Part shown: piece after piece, positions 12,161 to 26,270 of the stretch
How the letters are laid out: each line of letters opens with the position of its first letter
Numbering within the stretch: position 1 is the first letter of the stretch
Source of the DNA: Chiloscyllium plagiosum
Taxonomy: Eukaryota
Reading direction: 5' to 3'
DNA: 64,000 bases
NCBI RefSeq assembly: GCF_004010195.1
Contig: NC_057718.1
Span: forward strand, 34,559,239 to 34,623,238
Position numbers and translations under genes: made by a program
The notes under the pieces: generated by a model
Told to the model about the DNA's origin: nothing
The model's database searches: none
Seen by the model: the letters and a program-made list of their open reading frames with translations, nothing else

Positions 12161-15139
12161 ACTCCACATCATACAGTGGGACAGACAGGGATGCATTTTA
12201 GGACAAATAAGTCTGAATTTCACAACACATCAGATCTGTGTGTGCTGTAGAGAGGGTAAGGGGGGAGTAGGACACAGTGATTGTGAGTGCAGCCTTTACA
12301 TCAGTAGGTGCATCTGAAAAGGGCAGACTCACCACAAATACGAGTTAAATTCTCTAAACATTAAGCAGCCTTGACAAGCATTGGGAAAACTCATCAGAGA
12401 GGCTTGTGAAACATCAATCAGGCTCATCGTGCATCAGGCAGACCTACTTAGCATCAAGAGACTAACCAAACATGAGGGTAACTCAACATGCACAACTGAG
12501 TTGAAAAGACCTTAATAAATATCTGGTTTGGAAGAGGATTAAACACTAGGGGATTACATCCAGCCAAAAAAATACGCATGCAGTAAACAACTTGATATGT
12601 CCTTCGTTGTTAATGGAAACGTTATGTTCAGAAAGACAAAGGAGAAACTTTTTTCATAACAATGTTGATGTGTCTGAATGCACTGTTGAAGGTAGCACTG
12701 CAAGCAGAAATTGACATGTCAGTTCTTAAGAATAGGCCAGAGAATTGGGTAAGTGAAAAGAAAACACAAAGAAGTATCATCTATTTATTTATAAAAGTAA
12801 CATCAACAACAATTATTTCAAAATCTGTTGCAATAGTCAACAGAAATATTTTGACTTAAAGGATAATTTGCAGTAGAACTCTTCTGTGACACAGTTACAT
12901 TTGGAAAAACTGTTTTAAAAAGGATAATTTTTATTCAATCTGCTACTCTAATCAGTTAATCTGCTAAAGAACTGTGCCACACAGTGGTGGATGTTGGTTC
13001 TTACCCTGTAATCTCCACTGATGAGTTTAGTCTTCATCAGATAGTCAATGAAAGGAACCAAGCTGAGACCATAAATGGGAAAGGAAGATCAATTAGGGAA
13101 TCACCATTTTGCATTATGCAATATCATAGGAAGAGAAAGTGCATGTAACAGCAAAACCCAAATGGAATACGGATGTGGAAACATTTTTTTTAAACTGGTA
13201 TGACTCTGCTGGATTTGCACAGTTTTACTTAGATCCACTTTCATTAGAATAACCAACTAGGTACAGCATGGATGCTGCATTCCGAACAAAGACACAAAGG
13301 ATTTTTTTTGGATATTCATTGGCTGCACCTTCCATCACATGAAAGTTCCCACCATATACCATGCCTAAAACCAGGCACAAAATTAGGATCAGATGTTTGC
13401 TTTGAAAATATTGATAACTAATGCCTTTGTTTTATGACTAAACAAATGAAAGTAATCCAGATTATTAAACATCTACCTTAGCTACTTGTTTTGTATTTTA
13501 ATAATATTGGCACAAATGACTCAAAAGAAATGTGTGGTCTTAAACTAAGATTGGAAGCAACTCCACAAGTGGTATGAAAAGTGAAAAAAACTCCTTTAAA
13601 AAATCACTACTTTTTTTTGCCTGTATTAGTTTTGAAGGATGATCAGAATAGCTATTTTTCTGAAACCCCACTGAATTGTCTCAAATGACAGGGATTTTTT
13701 TTTCCTTGATTATAATGAGGGTCAAAGGGTATTAACAGTGACATGAAGGTTTGACCTTAGGATTGAGGGTCACTTAGCATTCCTTATATAGTTCCTTTCA
13801 GAACTTATGTATGCAGAGATTGGCTTCACACAAATTTTTCTGTTTAAAAATGAACAGAAATCCAACAAAAAAAGTTTTCTTTTAAATTCTATTTTTCACT
13901 CAAACATGTTCCTATCCTATTTCAGCCTGAGAACTAGTCTGGAGGGAAACACCATCTGAAAACAAAGCATTATGTTGCTGCTGTAGCGCAATGTTGTGAT
14001 GTGACTATATTCAAGAGCGACTTTCTGGATGAGGCACAGAATGCAAGGGGGTGGAGAAATGGAGCGGCATTGTAAAGCTTTGTCTCCTTTAGTATTTTAT
14101 TGTCTTCTCAATCTGTTAGTTCATTGAATACCAACAAAAGCAAGCATACAAAGGAATACAGGAAGGCTTTGAATTGAAGCTGCACTTTTGAAAAAAAAGT
14201 GGGAACTTGGAGGAGATTGATTTGCGAAGAGTAAATACCAACAGAGCTCCAAAATTGTGAAAGCTGGGGATCCTATTTTCAAATACAATGATCCATAAAG
14301 TATTTTTTAGCCCTTTATATATAAAATACTAAAATAAAAGGCACAGATGGTTCCTGACTAGAGTGGCTTCATGCTAATATACTTCAATGGTACATTTGAA
14401 AAAGAATTTTGCCATTATCTTTTTGCCTCTGCTGGTTATAAAATACTTGAGCTTGGCCTAAGATCGCAAGCTCTGTCTTGAGTGCCTCATCAGTAAATCT
14501 CTAATCTCATAACAGGAACATCTTTATCACTTTCTACCACTGATTAAAAACGCGCTTTTGCAGGCAGTTTAAGGAGAGTGTTTTGCTTACTCTGTTTTGC
14601 ACTTCTCTTTATCGAGTACAGTCAAAGATGCAAGAGTGATGGGTAAACTCTGTGCTGAACTGTAAAAATTAAAAGGGGAGCTATATAGGTCTTGAAAGTA
14701 CTTTTGCAAGAATAAAGTTTTGGCAATTCTCTTTATTTCAAAGAACATGAAGGTAGTGAATAAGTTGAAACTTATTTTTTTCAGTTATATGAAACTGGAT
14801 CGTCTCTTGTTGCTTGAGTGACACCACTGTGCCTTTGCAACCTCCCCATACAATAAAATGGCTTGCCAACACTGTTTTTGCAAAGACTGACTACTTACAA
14901 TAGAAAATACAGCAGCAAATATTTAAAGAAAAAAGAGGGTTTAAAGTTGTACCTTTTGTGACTTCATGTCCCAAAGTGCATTACGAGCAAGATGTTTTTT
15001 CTTCTCTGTGCAGTCATTGCTGTAATACAAGACATAGCAAGTTTTATTTCTCCCAACAAAAAGAGTTGATTAATGCTGTACCGTTTTGACTCAGCTAGTT
15101 AGGGCAATAGCAGTTGAGGTATAGGTTCTTAGAAGATAA

Positions 15140-15471
15140 GGGACGGCACGGTGGCACAGTGGTTAGCACTGCTGCCTCACAGCGCCAGAGACCTGGATTC
15201 AATTCCCGCCTCAGGCGACTGACTGTGTGGAGTTTGCACATTTCTCCCCGTGTCTGCGTGGGTTTCCTCCGGGTGCTCTGGTTTCCTCCCACAGTCCAAA
15301 GATGTGCAGGTCAGGTGAATTGGCCATGCTAAATTGCCCGTAGTGTTAGGTAAGGGGTAAATGTAGAGGTATGGGTGGGTTGCGCTTCGGCGGGGCGGTG
15401 TGGACTTGTTGGGCCGAAGGGCCTGTTTCCACACTGTAAGTAATCTAATCTAATCTAATCTAATCTAATCT
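15140..15471 (+). mobile_element. HE1-like SINE, full length and young
   Basis: A box TGGCACAGTGG, B box GGATTCAATTCC, retained CpGs, a CR1-like 3' end and a (TAATC)6 tail at 15441-15470. Confidence 0.95.
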
Positions 15472-15479
15472 AAAAAAAA

Positions 15480-15670
15480 GAACAAAAATAGCTAGAAAAA
15501 CCCAGAGGGTCAAACAGTATTTGGAGAAACAGATGTTTCAAGTCAATTACCTTTATTCAGTCTTTAATCAGAACTCAAACTTTCTCTCCATAGGTACTGC
15601 TTCATCTGACAGGTTTGTCAGCATTTTTGCCCATATTTCAGCTTTTCACTTTCCATAGTCATTTCTTTTA
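15480..15670. mobile_element. Highly decayed Penelope-type fold-back element
   Basis: Residual inverted symmetry (TGGAGAAA / TTTCTCTCCA; AAAAATAGCT / AGCATTTTT) and similarity to 37393-37525. Confidence 0.4.
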
Positions 15671-17049
15671 GTTCCAAGAACGTACCATAATTTTCTGTTC
15701 CTCGTCTGTATTGAAAGAGCTGAATCTTAGCTGGAACTGCAATATGAACTACAATTGGCACCATAGCCCTTGTGAAAATTACTTGTGATCACCACACTGT
15801 GATCAATGCCAGGAAGAGTGTGCATCGGGGTTAAGGGTGGGGTGTTAGTGAGGAAATGTATGTCCATTTGGCAAGGCCAGATGCTCCAGGCAATTGAATA
15901 GCTGCCAGCGCTCAGTATCAAGGTTAAAAAACAGGATTAATAGCTAGTTGGACAACATTTAGAACTGTACATTAGAAAAGTATCAACTTACTTTTAAAAG
16001 AAGAGGAAGATGTGCAAGCGTACCTATGAAGAAAGGGTTTGGTAAAGAATACTTCCATAAAAGTAATTGAGATAATAGAATTTTATATATTTGCCCACAA
16101 AACGCCAATGATTATACATCAGAAATAGTTCATTCCCATAAAAATCCTTTGACATATCCAGAGGACAGGTAATATTTCACAGCAGTGCAAGTTTGTTCAT
16201 TTGAACATGTCTGCTCACAGTGTGCCTGCACAGGATGTTAATATGTCATGTGCAGCAGCATATAATTATGTATTAATGTGCAATCACTTGTATTGCTACA
16301 CGGATCTATGTGTATTTGGATGTTTATATACAATCATGCAAATGAGATATGAGGTTGAGTTTGTGAATGCTGTGGGATAGTGGATGTCTTTTGAAACTTC
16401 TTGCAAGCCCTGTTGTGGCCTGCATGTGAAATAGTGAATCTAATCCCAGTCCCAGGGCTGCTGTAGTTCAGTGAAGCACGGTGGCCCCCTGCAGCACCAG
16501 AAGCCCCACACATGAAGAAAAGCACTTTTACTTCTCTTGAGTGCTTGCACCATGGGTAATCCTGGCACCACAAGCCCACTGTAATGAGAGGAAGGGGATT
16601 TACAATTTAAAGAAGCTTTACCTGATCTAGCCTGTGAGCTGCTAGTAAACAACATTGCAGACTCGCACTTAACTGCTTCTGTAAAACATTTAAGCATTAC
16701 TAAACCTCAATTGCTGGTGCCATGTCCAGTGAATGTTTTGAACAGTGAAGCATATATTCTATGATCAGGAGAGAATTATTCTTCTCTACAATTTATAATG
16801 TAAAATAATCCTGTGACAGAGGCCCTGTAAAAACATAGAAACCCTGATTGCTTTGGTCAATGTTTGTCCCCTAAAAGGCAACATTTTACTCTATTAGAAG
16901 AACTGTATAGCAAGTTGTAGCTGTTGCTGTTATTGTCAGTGTTCTGTAAGGCCTTAGGCACTATAGTATTAAAGACAATTCCCATTGTGTAATGTACTGG
17001 CAAAACTGTTTTAAAATACAGAAATGTAATAAACCGCCATTTCTGTCCT

Positions 17050-17350
17050 GGTTGAAATCAGTGAACGCACTCTGTGCTGAGTTAGCTATTCTCAGCTGGG
17101 CAGAAGTAGAATGCATTACAACTTAGCTCAGCAATCTTGAGATCAAGAATGAAAAGTTTAATCAAGATTTCAGCTCCTGATGTAGCCAGTGGAAACCACA
17201 GCTTTCTAAATGCCCAAACAGCTGCACAACAAACCCTCGTTGTCTAGATCTATGAAGAGTAGCAAATTGTTTGGGTTAGAGTCAAAGCAACAACAGTTGT
17301 ACAACTTTACAGCAACCTGAATGCTCATGTTCAAAAGGGGAGTAGGAAAA
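17050..17350 (+). mobile_element. Ancient SINE-like repeat (same family as about 1500 and 27010)
   Basis: CTCTGTGCTGAGTTAGCTATTCTCAGCTGGG...TTTCAGCTCCTGAT. Confidence 0.5.
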
Positions 17351-17794
17351 CTGAGGAGGAATATAAATAATTACTCTCTTCCAAATATATGGTATCATTA
17401 ATGATGAGTACAATCAAGATTTGAAAATACTGACCTTAGTTATACAATGATGTTTGAGTGCTGCTGGGCCTTTGGTTGGAGAAAATAAACTAGTCCAGAT
17501 TTATAGACCATCTGACCTTTGAACTCATCAGTGTTGTAAGAGATTGCTTCAGGACCTTGTCAGCTTTTGAAAAATGTAGTACCTAAGTATTTTAAGTTGG
17601 GACTGTGGCTCGTTTTGAAAATAATTGTATGCGACTTCAGAAAGATATAGATGGGTTAGTGGATTGGGGTCATGGATTTTGAGATGGAGAATGAGTGGAC
17701 AAATAGACTAAATTGTAAAAGTTCAAAATATGTAGGGGAGCAAAGATACTAAATATTTTAGATCTTTAGAAATGTGAGGACAACTCAACAGAGC

Positions 17795-19277
17795 TTGTAT
17801 CATCGATAGTCACAGGTGAGATGCCGGAAGACTGGAGGTTGGCGAACATGGTAGCACTATTTAAGAAAGGTGGTAAGGACAAGCCAGGGAACTATAGACC
17901 AGTGAGCCTGACATCGGTGGTGGGCAAGTTGTTGGAGGGAATCATGAGGGACAGGATGTACATGTATTTGGAAAGGCAAGGACTGATGAGGGATAGTCAA
18001 CATGGCTTTGTGCATGGGAAATCATGTCTCACAAACTTGATTGAGTTATTTGAGGAAGCAACAAAGAGGATTGATGAGGGCAGAATGGTTGACATGATCG
18101 ATATGGACTTCAGTAAGGCATTCAACAAGTATCCCCATGAGAGACTGGTTAGCAAGGTTAGATCTCACGGAATACAGGGAGAACTAGCCATTTGGATACA
18201 GAACTGGCTCAAAGGTTGAAGACCAAAGGTGGTGGTGGAGGGTTATTTTTCAGACTGGAGGCCTGTGACCAGTGGAGTACCACATGGATCGGTGCTGGGT
18301 CCACTATTTTTCTTCATTTATATAAATGATTTGGATGTGAACATAAAAGGTATAGTTAGTAATTTGCATATGACACCAAAATTAGAGGTGCAATGGACAG
18401 CGAAGGAGGTTACCTCAGATTACAACAGGATCTTGATCAGATGAGCCAATGGGTTGAGAAGTGGCAGATGGAGTTTAATTCAGATAAATGCGAGGTGCTA
18501 CATTTTGGGAAAGCAAATCTTAGCAGGACTTATACACTTAATGGTAAGGTCCTCGAGAGTGTTGCTGAACAAAGAGACCTTCAGTGCAGGTTCATAATTC
18601 ATTGAAAGTAGAGTTGCAGGTAGACAGTATAGTGAAAAAGGTGTTTAGTGTGCTTTCCTTTATTGGTCAGAGTATTGAGTATTGGAGCTGGGAGGTCATG
18701 TCGCGGTTGAACAGGATATTGGTTAGGCCACTTTTGGAATGTTGTGTGCAATTCTGGTCTCCTTCCTATGGAAGGATGTTGTGAAACTTGAAAGGGTTCT
18801 GAAAAGATTTACAAGGATGTTACCAGAGTTGGAGGATTTGAGCTACAGCTGAATAGGCTAGGGCTGCTTTCCCTGGAGTGCTGGAGGCTGAGGGATGACC
18901 TCATAGAGTTTTATAAAATCATGAGGGGCATGGATAGGATAAATAGACAAAGTCTTTTCCCTAGATTGGTTGAGTCCAGAACTAAAGGGCATAGATCTAG
19001 GGTGAGAGGGGAAAGATATAAAAGGGACTTAAAGGGCAACTCTTTTCTGCAGAGGTTGGTGTGTGAATGGAATGGTCTGCCAGAGGAAGTGGTGGAGGCT
19101 GGTACAATTGCAACATTTAAAAGGCATTTGGATGGGTATATGAATAAGAAGGGTTTAGAGGGATATGTGCCAAGTGCTGGCAAATGGGACTAGATTAGGT
19201 TAGGATATCTGGTCGGCATGGATGAGTTGGACCGAAGGATCTGTTTCTGTGCTGTACATCTCTGTGACTCTATGACT
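17795..19277 (+). mobile_element. CR1 LINE, 5'-truncated, RT domain with frameshifts
   Basis: [59 protein letters not shown] and WNGLP motifs, with a (TCTATGAC)-type tail. Confidence 0.97.
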
Positions 19278-19449
19278 TAAAAGCATACGCTACCTTAAGT
19301 ATGTGAAATATGGCATTTGATAGAAAAGCAAGGAATTGAACAAATCCATTACATTGTCTTTAGAATGAAAAAGGTCAAGTTAGTGATAGTAAACATTTTA
19401 GAGACTTTGATAAGTCATATAGGACAATTAATTTCAGTAATGAGACACA

Positions 19450-19789
19450 TACAAGATGAGCAGAGGATTAGATAGTGTAGACAGTGAAAGACTTTTTCCT
19501 AGGTTGATGACGTCAGCTTGTACAAGAGGGCATAACTACAAATTGAGGGGTGATAGATTTAAGACAGATGCCAGAGGCAGGTTCTTTACGCAGAGAGTGG
19601 TATGGGCGTGGAATGCCCTACCTGCTAATGTAGTTAACTCAGCCACATTAGGGGATTTAAACAATCCTTAGATAAGCACATGGATGATTTTGGGATAGTG
19701 TAGGGGGACGAGCTGAGAATAGTTCACAGGTCGGTGCAACATCGAGGGCCGAAGTGCGTGTTCTGTGCTGTATTGTTCTATGTTCTATG
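19450..19789 (+). mobile_element. CR1 LINE 3' end (different subfamily)
   Basis: TRGHNYKL...FFTQRVVWAWNALP, with a TGTTCTATGTTCTATG tail. Confidence 0.9.
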
Positions 19790-20747
19790 ATAAATTTAAG
19801 GAATAAACAAGAGAGATCAGGGGAATTCTTTTCAAACAGGGGCTTGTTGCATATTAGTGACTGATCAGGGGGAAAGTACTGGAAACAGAATCCGTATTAG
19901 CTTTTAAAATGAAGTCGATATAGTTTTGAAAAATAAAAAAAAGAGAAGGGGTAATTTGTGGAGGAGTCAGGCGAAATAGATACTCTTTCAAATAACTGCA
20001 ACAATTATAAGAGGCTAAATGGCCTCTCCTTTGCAAATTGTTTGATTATAAGTCAGGAAGTCAATGTGAAAATTGAATTTCAATCTGGAAACTCATGCAA
20101 GGACAACAAACGAAAGAGCTTACGTTTCGATATGAAATTAAGGACAGAAGCTTTAGAAAGCAGCTGCTGGGTAACCACTTCTCAAAGCTGGCAAATTAAA
20201 ATGCAAGGTTAGTCAATGAGTATTTTAGTTTACTTTTGAAAAGTTGCAGAGGCATAGCTTTATTTGCAAAGATTTTATAAGGTTGAGTTAAACTATTCCA
20301 AGATTGTAGATAGCAAGTAGCTACAGTGTCTCCTGCATTTTACTGGATGGTCCCAATTTGGTATTCGGGATGATGATAATGAAGTGATGTTGTTCTCATG
20401 GTAACAACTTGGACTGTTACATCAAACTGCAAGACGCAGAGTCTTTTACATATTTGGCTCCTCCTTCTGTTGTACAATTTCGCTGCACTTCTGAAATAAG
20501 TAATTGTTTAAAATGTTTGAAATGTATCAAACTGAACGAATATCAACAAAACTATGATTCCCACAACATTTTCCTTTTAGATTCATAAAGCCATACCAAA
20601 TAAAACTCTCAAACATAATAAGTTAGCTCTTATCAGTGAATTCCCATGCTTTGATTGATATTAGCCTAAATCTTTGCACATGCGAGAAAGCTACTGCTGA
20701 CACGTCTACCTTTAATAATTCATGAAGCACAGTATCAAAAATCAAAT

Positions 20748-21565
20748 GGTGGGTGATTTTAACTTCCCCTGTATTGATTGGGACTCCCTAAGCACCAGGG
20801 GCTTGGATGAAGGAAAGTTTGTTAGCTACATCCAGGAGGGTTTCTTGAAGCAACATGTAAATAGACCAAATAGAGAAGGGGCCATATTAGACCTGGGAAA
20901 TGAGCCCAGCCAGGTAACTGAGGTTTCAGTGGGAGAGCATTTTGGGAACAGTGACCATAATTCTGTAAGTTTTAAGTTACTTCTGGATAAGGATAAAAGT
21001 AGTCCTCATTTGAAAATGATAAATGGAGGGAAGGCTACCTACGACAATATTAGGCAGGAATTGGGGAAATCTAGATTGTAGGGTGACTGTTTAAGAGTAT
21101 ATCTGCACTTTTCATGTGGGAATCTTTTAAAGCCCAGTTGATTAGAGTTCAGGACCAGCTTGTTCCTGTGAAAATTAAAGGATGGCAAGATTCAGGAACC
21201 TTGGATGACAAGCAAATTGTGAGCTTGGGGGCATGCATAAAGTTTAGGAAGCTGAAGACAAACAGAGCCCTCAAAGACTATAAAGGAAGCAGGATAGAAC
21301 TTAAACAAGGAATTAGGAAGGGCAAAAGGGGCTACGAAGGGTTCTTGGGAAATTGGATTAAAGAAAATCCCAAGGTACTTTACACATATTTCAGGAGCAA
21401 GATGGTGGTTTGGGAAACCATAGGTCCACTCAAGGACAAAGGAGAAAATTTGTGCATGGAGCCAGAGGAAGTAGATGAGATCCTTAACAAATACTTTGCA
21501 TTAATATTCACAAAGGAGAAGGACATAGTGAATGTTGGGTAATGGGAGGGGTGTATTGATATTCT
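20748..21565 (+). mobile_element. CR1 ORF2 endonuclease/linker fragment
   Basis: VGDFNFPCIDW, AILDL, GNSDHN, IKENPK and LNKYFALIFTKE. Confidence 0.9.
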
Positions 21566-24500
21566 AGGCAAGATGATATATGTGCTTTGTATCTGTTGTC
21601 TCTTGAAGATGGAAGGATGCCATCCTGCTCCTGCTTGACCTCTCAGACTACCCACCATAAAGTCATCTTGAAACCAAAACCTGTCTATAAATGAGAAACT
21701 AATTATGCTGACTGCTTACTCACCATTGCTGGTTGTGTAGCCTCTGAAGGTAATGAGAGGGTTGCCCTGGGGCCTAATATATTGGCCTGATGGCATCCCA
21801 ATGCTCCCTGGGGAATCTGGGTGATTCAGTTTGTTCCATTCCTCCACAGGAAGAAGCAAGCCTGCAATCTGAGGGGAGGGTGATGAGGCCCAGCGGTGGA
21901 GCCTCCTGTCTCATTTTCACCTTTTTATTTGGATCCCCTCATTACAAGTTGATGCAAGACCAAATACCATCCCACCTTGCTCTGCTGCATCCATGCTCTG
22001 TGCCTTGTCCCTGTTTAAAATGGGAGTAAAGTGATCTATTGACATCCCAATCAGCCTCCAACCTGAACTTGGTAGGAAGAACCAGCCAATAGCAGAAAGC
22101 TCACAATAGACGATCTTAGAGAGAAAGGAATGATACCTGCCAGATCCAAAATGAATGACCTCCAGTTGTTGGCTTAGTGGTTAGGTTCTGAATCAATGAC
22201 CTGGGGAAGGAAGGCCTTTCTAGACCTCAAGTTGGCCTGCTGAGAGAGTTAAATTGTGTAAAGTCCCACAGACATCATCTGAGCTCAGTGACTGCTTTCC
22301 AGTGGCTGGACAGATATCTGTTCAAAAGAGAAGACAGCAATTTCAGATTATTATCAGAAGGCAGTGGGATGAGACATTGAGTGGTGGGTGATGAGGTATG
22401 GCAACAATTGGGTGTAGCTATTTTAACTGCCCATTGCTATGTTTCAGATGTAATCCTTTGGTGATATGTCCTTTAAGTGGCTTGAAGATATCGTACAGTC
22501 AGATATGAATGAAAATTCTTTATTTTTAATAGCAGAACTAATAATGAAGTGACAAGAATAAAAAGCTGCCTTTATAGAAAGCTTGCAAAACTCTCTGAAG
22601 TGGATGTGCAGTGTTTATGCTACAAGGTTTGTTGTGTGGATTCAGTTTCTATATACTATCAAGGTAAAACCAGCACCACCACATCCTGTTTACACTTAGC
22701 CATAGATTGAAGGGGGGAATACCTAGGGAAATGGTTTATGGTCACAATCTGTTTAATTTAATAAAAGGGAAATTTACTCTGCTTTGCTAAACACCAAAAT
22801 AGAGGATTACAAGAGAAACAGTGGTCTATGCCACATAACCTTTCACATTAAATCTACGTTCAATAAAATAAATGCAATAAATTTTAATAATTAGGTAAAA
22901 TTCAATAAAATCAATCCACATTCTGTAAGATAATTTTACAGCTTCTCTAGATTGGAATGGCTTATTCTGTGAAACAGTCCAGATTTACTAAAGTCTGTGC
23001 TGTGGGAACATGATGCAGCAAACATGCCAATAACATTGAAAGGTATCAGGGTTAATTTTATAATTGACACACCACCATAAAACAAGTTGCACATTGATGA
23101 CATATTATCCAGTTTCCATTGCATCGACACTCACGCAAATGGTAATTTAGGTAGTTTTCGTAAAGGGGTACCATCATCATATTGAGGCCTGGGCAGTAAG
23201 GGCTAAAAATGCTAACATCATGTGTCCCAAGTTTGTGCATAGTATAGGCCAGATGCCTTTTTCCCCCCTCTTTATCCAGTTTTGTTAATAGGATTGGTAT
23301 ATGGGAGTCAATTAATAATTCCATTAATGTCCTATTTTGCATGGAAGTAGCAAGTAAATTTGACAAAGCAAGTGCTATCAAGACAACAGGTGGATCCAAA
23401 ATAGCACTTGATTCACTAGATGCAGCGAGGTGAGCTGTGCAACTGAACCACCAAAAATTCAGTTTACCACCAATCTCAATAACATATACCTGTCCTAATC
23501 AATGAAGTTGCTTTGAACTTCCACTTTGTAGTCATGAATCCAAAATCATCTAATTTCTGGCATTTTCCCCCAATCTTGTTATTCAATGGACCTCACCCTC
23601 TCAGGATGTGAATAGTATCAAAGTGAGAGAAATAGCTAGATAGAAATCTCATCCAATTTCACTTCAGAAATTTTAACCCCACTATTAATAATTAATCTTA
23701 AACCCAACCTTCAAAGATATGAGTAATATTCCCACCTAGTCATAGTCCTACTGGTGCCAGTCTGGAGTGCTTCACCATCGCTTCGTTCGACAAGGGCTGA
23801 GGCAGTTCCAACTTATTTATTTGTCTGGAGCTTCTTCAAAGATTAGTGACATTTTTAATGTGATGATGCTGCAGTTTAGTTCAGCAGTTTAAGGCAGTTA
23901 GCCACAGAGACATACAGGCCTGGAAAAACTCATGCTTGCTTCAGTATCGATGTTGAATTAGTCGAAATATGAAGAAAGTTGTTGGAAACATTCAGTGCCA
24001 CAGATAACATTAGTATTGAGAGGAATAGTTAAGAGGTCAGTGGGGGTACATTTCATGAGGTCTTGCCTGCTGGCTGGAAGATTACTGAGACTCACACGTT
24101 TTCAACTCTTGGAATGCAAACTGGTTTTAAGTGCACGAAGGGCTAGCCATTGGCAGGACTTTCAGGGATCAAGTATGCATGGGCAAAAATCCATCCCAAA
24201 CATGCCCAGGAGATGCCAGTCACTCAAAAGGCTGGCAGTCTTTTTATCACCAGTACTACCAGGGAAACCATGCAAACCATAGAAATAACAACTATTGGAG
24301 GCCTTGCATCAAAGAGCAATCCAGGCCAGAGATAAGAAATGGCAGGAGGCTGGGGCTCACCAGATGGGGCAAGGATCTCACTCCTGATGCTATGCCCCTC
24401 AATCAGACAATAGGGACTCGCCCCTCACTCACCACCGAGCTACCTGCACCGTTTATATGCCATGCATGCTACATGGTGACAAGCCTGACTACTGCCAGCA

Positions 24501-24939
24501 GTGGTGGGGTGAGGCTATTAAGTAATTCAGTATCTCTTACATGGTCTGTCCTGGTCAAATTTGGCTAGCTTTACACTAACAGTGAGTTCTCAGGTGACTG
24601 GAGACTTTGGTACATGATCAACAGATTTGGAGTAAGCAGAGGGTAGGAAAAAGGCAAAGGGGGTGCCCAATTCTTTCTCTGTCGCCACTTCAGCCGGCTG
24701 TCACTGATGGGGCATGAGGTGCACAGAGCCTTCCCAGGGGCATCCCCTCCACTTTAGGTCCTGGACAAACTTTCTCAGGGGTTCCTCACATTTTCATGGA
24801 CGCTTTGAGGGTGTCTTCGAAGGGTTTCCTTCATCTCTGGTCCCACAACCCCCCACCCACCCCGAGGCTTTCTTGATATGTCACAGTTATGAGTAGAGCA
24901 CAAACATCTGGGAATCTCTTGTCAGGCAGGTGGACAATG

Positions 24940-25062
24940 GGGGCTTTTGTCCGAAACATTGATTTTCCTGCTCCTCGGATGCTGACTGACCTGCTGTGCT
25001 TTTCCAGCACCACTCTAATCTAGACTCTGATTTCCAGCATCTGCAGTCCTCACTTTTGCCTC
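24940..25062 (+). mobile_element. Penelope-derived short element, 5'-truncated at hammerhead stem II
   Basis: Starts GGGGCTTTTGTCCGAAACATTGATT. Perfect 11 bp TSD GGTGGACAATG at 24929-24939 and 25063-25073. Confidence 0.92.
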
Positions 25063-25741
25063 GGTGGACAATGTGGTCTGTAAGCATGGTCAATGTCTGA
25101 ATGCTAGGCATGTTGGCCGAGGTGAGCATACTGATACTTGTGTGCTTGTCCAGCAAATGGATTTGAGAGATCTGTCCAGATCGCACTGGTGGTACTTCTC
25201 CAGAGTTTAGAGGTGGCTACTGAGCAAATATAGGTGAGCAATAGTAATACCTGCTTTCCAAAATGGTCACTAATTGGCCAGTAAAGGGCCTCAAATGGCA
25301 GGAAGGTCAACCGTGGATCTTCCATCCCCGGGCTTTATTCTGGGGGGAGTATTGTGTTCACATGTCATATTCCCACCTGATTCATTGCCCCCCTTGCCTT
25401 CCAATACACCTCAAAAAAAGGCACCCACAGTTTCAACTTGATGATGTTCTTTCTGCACAGACACTGCCTACACTGCTCAGTTTTCAGACATTTCATCATT
25501 TGCTGCCCACAACGTCCAGAATCCACCAATAATTTGCTGTCTGATTTCGCTGATCGGAGTTAGCACATAGATAGTTTTGCTACAATTGGTCTCAGTTCCT
25601 CCTCCCAAGGGAAAAGTTGTTTGATAGGTGCCACAAGTTAGGACAACCTTGGGTTCACCAATGATGTCAACCTGTACACAGAAGCTCTCAAGGATCACCT
25701 TGGATGGAATTCTATCTGTGATATTGGGGTGCTGCCTACAT

Positions 25742-25838
25742 TCCTGATTCCTGTAGAAGGGCTCATACCCAAAACGTCGATTCTCCTGCTCCTTGGATGC
25801 TGCCTGACCTGCTGCACTTTTCCAGCAACACATTTTCA
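25742..25838 (+). mobile_element. Penelope-derived short element lacking the tail
   Basis: ATTC-CTGTAGA-A-GGGCTCATACCC-AAAACGTC-GATTC. 13 bp TSD GTGCTGCCTACAT at 25729-25741 and 25839-25851. Confidence 0.9.
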
Positions 25839-25899
25839 GTGCTGCCTACATCCCCTTATTCCCAGCATGAAGCTGAGAGCTTGGCAAAGCCTATCCTGG

Positions 25900-26270
25900 C
25901 TCTTTCAATGAACTGTGCAATTAATACCATTTATACAGTCTTTATCCATAACCCTGCAAAATGTTCCTTCTTAAGGAAATATCCAATTCTCTTTTGGAAT
26001 TTCCAATTGATTCTGCTGGCCCCAGACTTACAGTCAATGCATTCCAGATCATAAAGTAAGTCTTTAGAAAATTCTTGTCTTTGCTTTTCTCTCAGTTAAC
26101 TTAATATCGTCTGGTCACTGACTCTTCATTAGGTGGAAACACTTCCTTCTTAGTTAATGGATCAAAACCCTTCATAATTGTGACCACATTCACCAAGTCT
26201 CCCTTTAATTCTCTTTGCCCTGAGGAACAATCCCATCTTCCCCAGTCTCTGGCCAAAGACTCTCACCCTC
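25900..26270 (-). mobile_element. CR1 3' fragment (old)
   Basis: Reverse complement of ..LKGDLVNVVTIMKGFD.. and CATTCCAGAT (IWN). Confidence 0.55.

Larger units (their letters stand above)
17620..20035 (+). mobile_element. Old CR1 relic interrupted by two younger CR1 insertions
   Basis: CTTCAGAAAGATATAGAT (LQKDID) at about 17635, with decayed CR1 sequence continuing at 19280-19445 and 19790-20035. Confidence 0.55.

Noticed and set aside
15140..15215. tRNA gene
   Set aside because: The A and B boxes belong to a SINE head that continues into the HE1 body. The same applies at about 1000, 32900, 60800 and 63600.
23058..23399. Retroviral env-like motif (ATSMQNRTLMELL) in a 113 aa ORF
   Set aside because: No following GGxC or CX6CC motif and no LTR or pol context, so probably chance.
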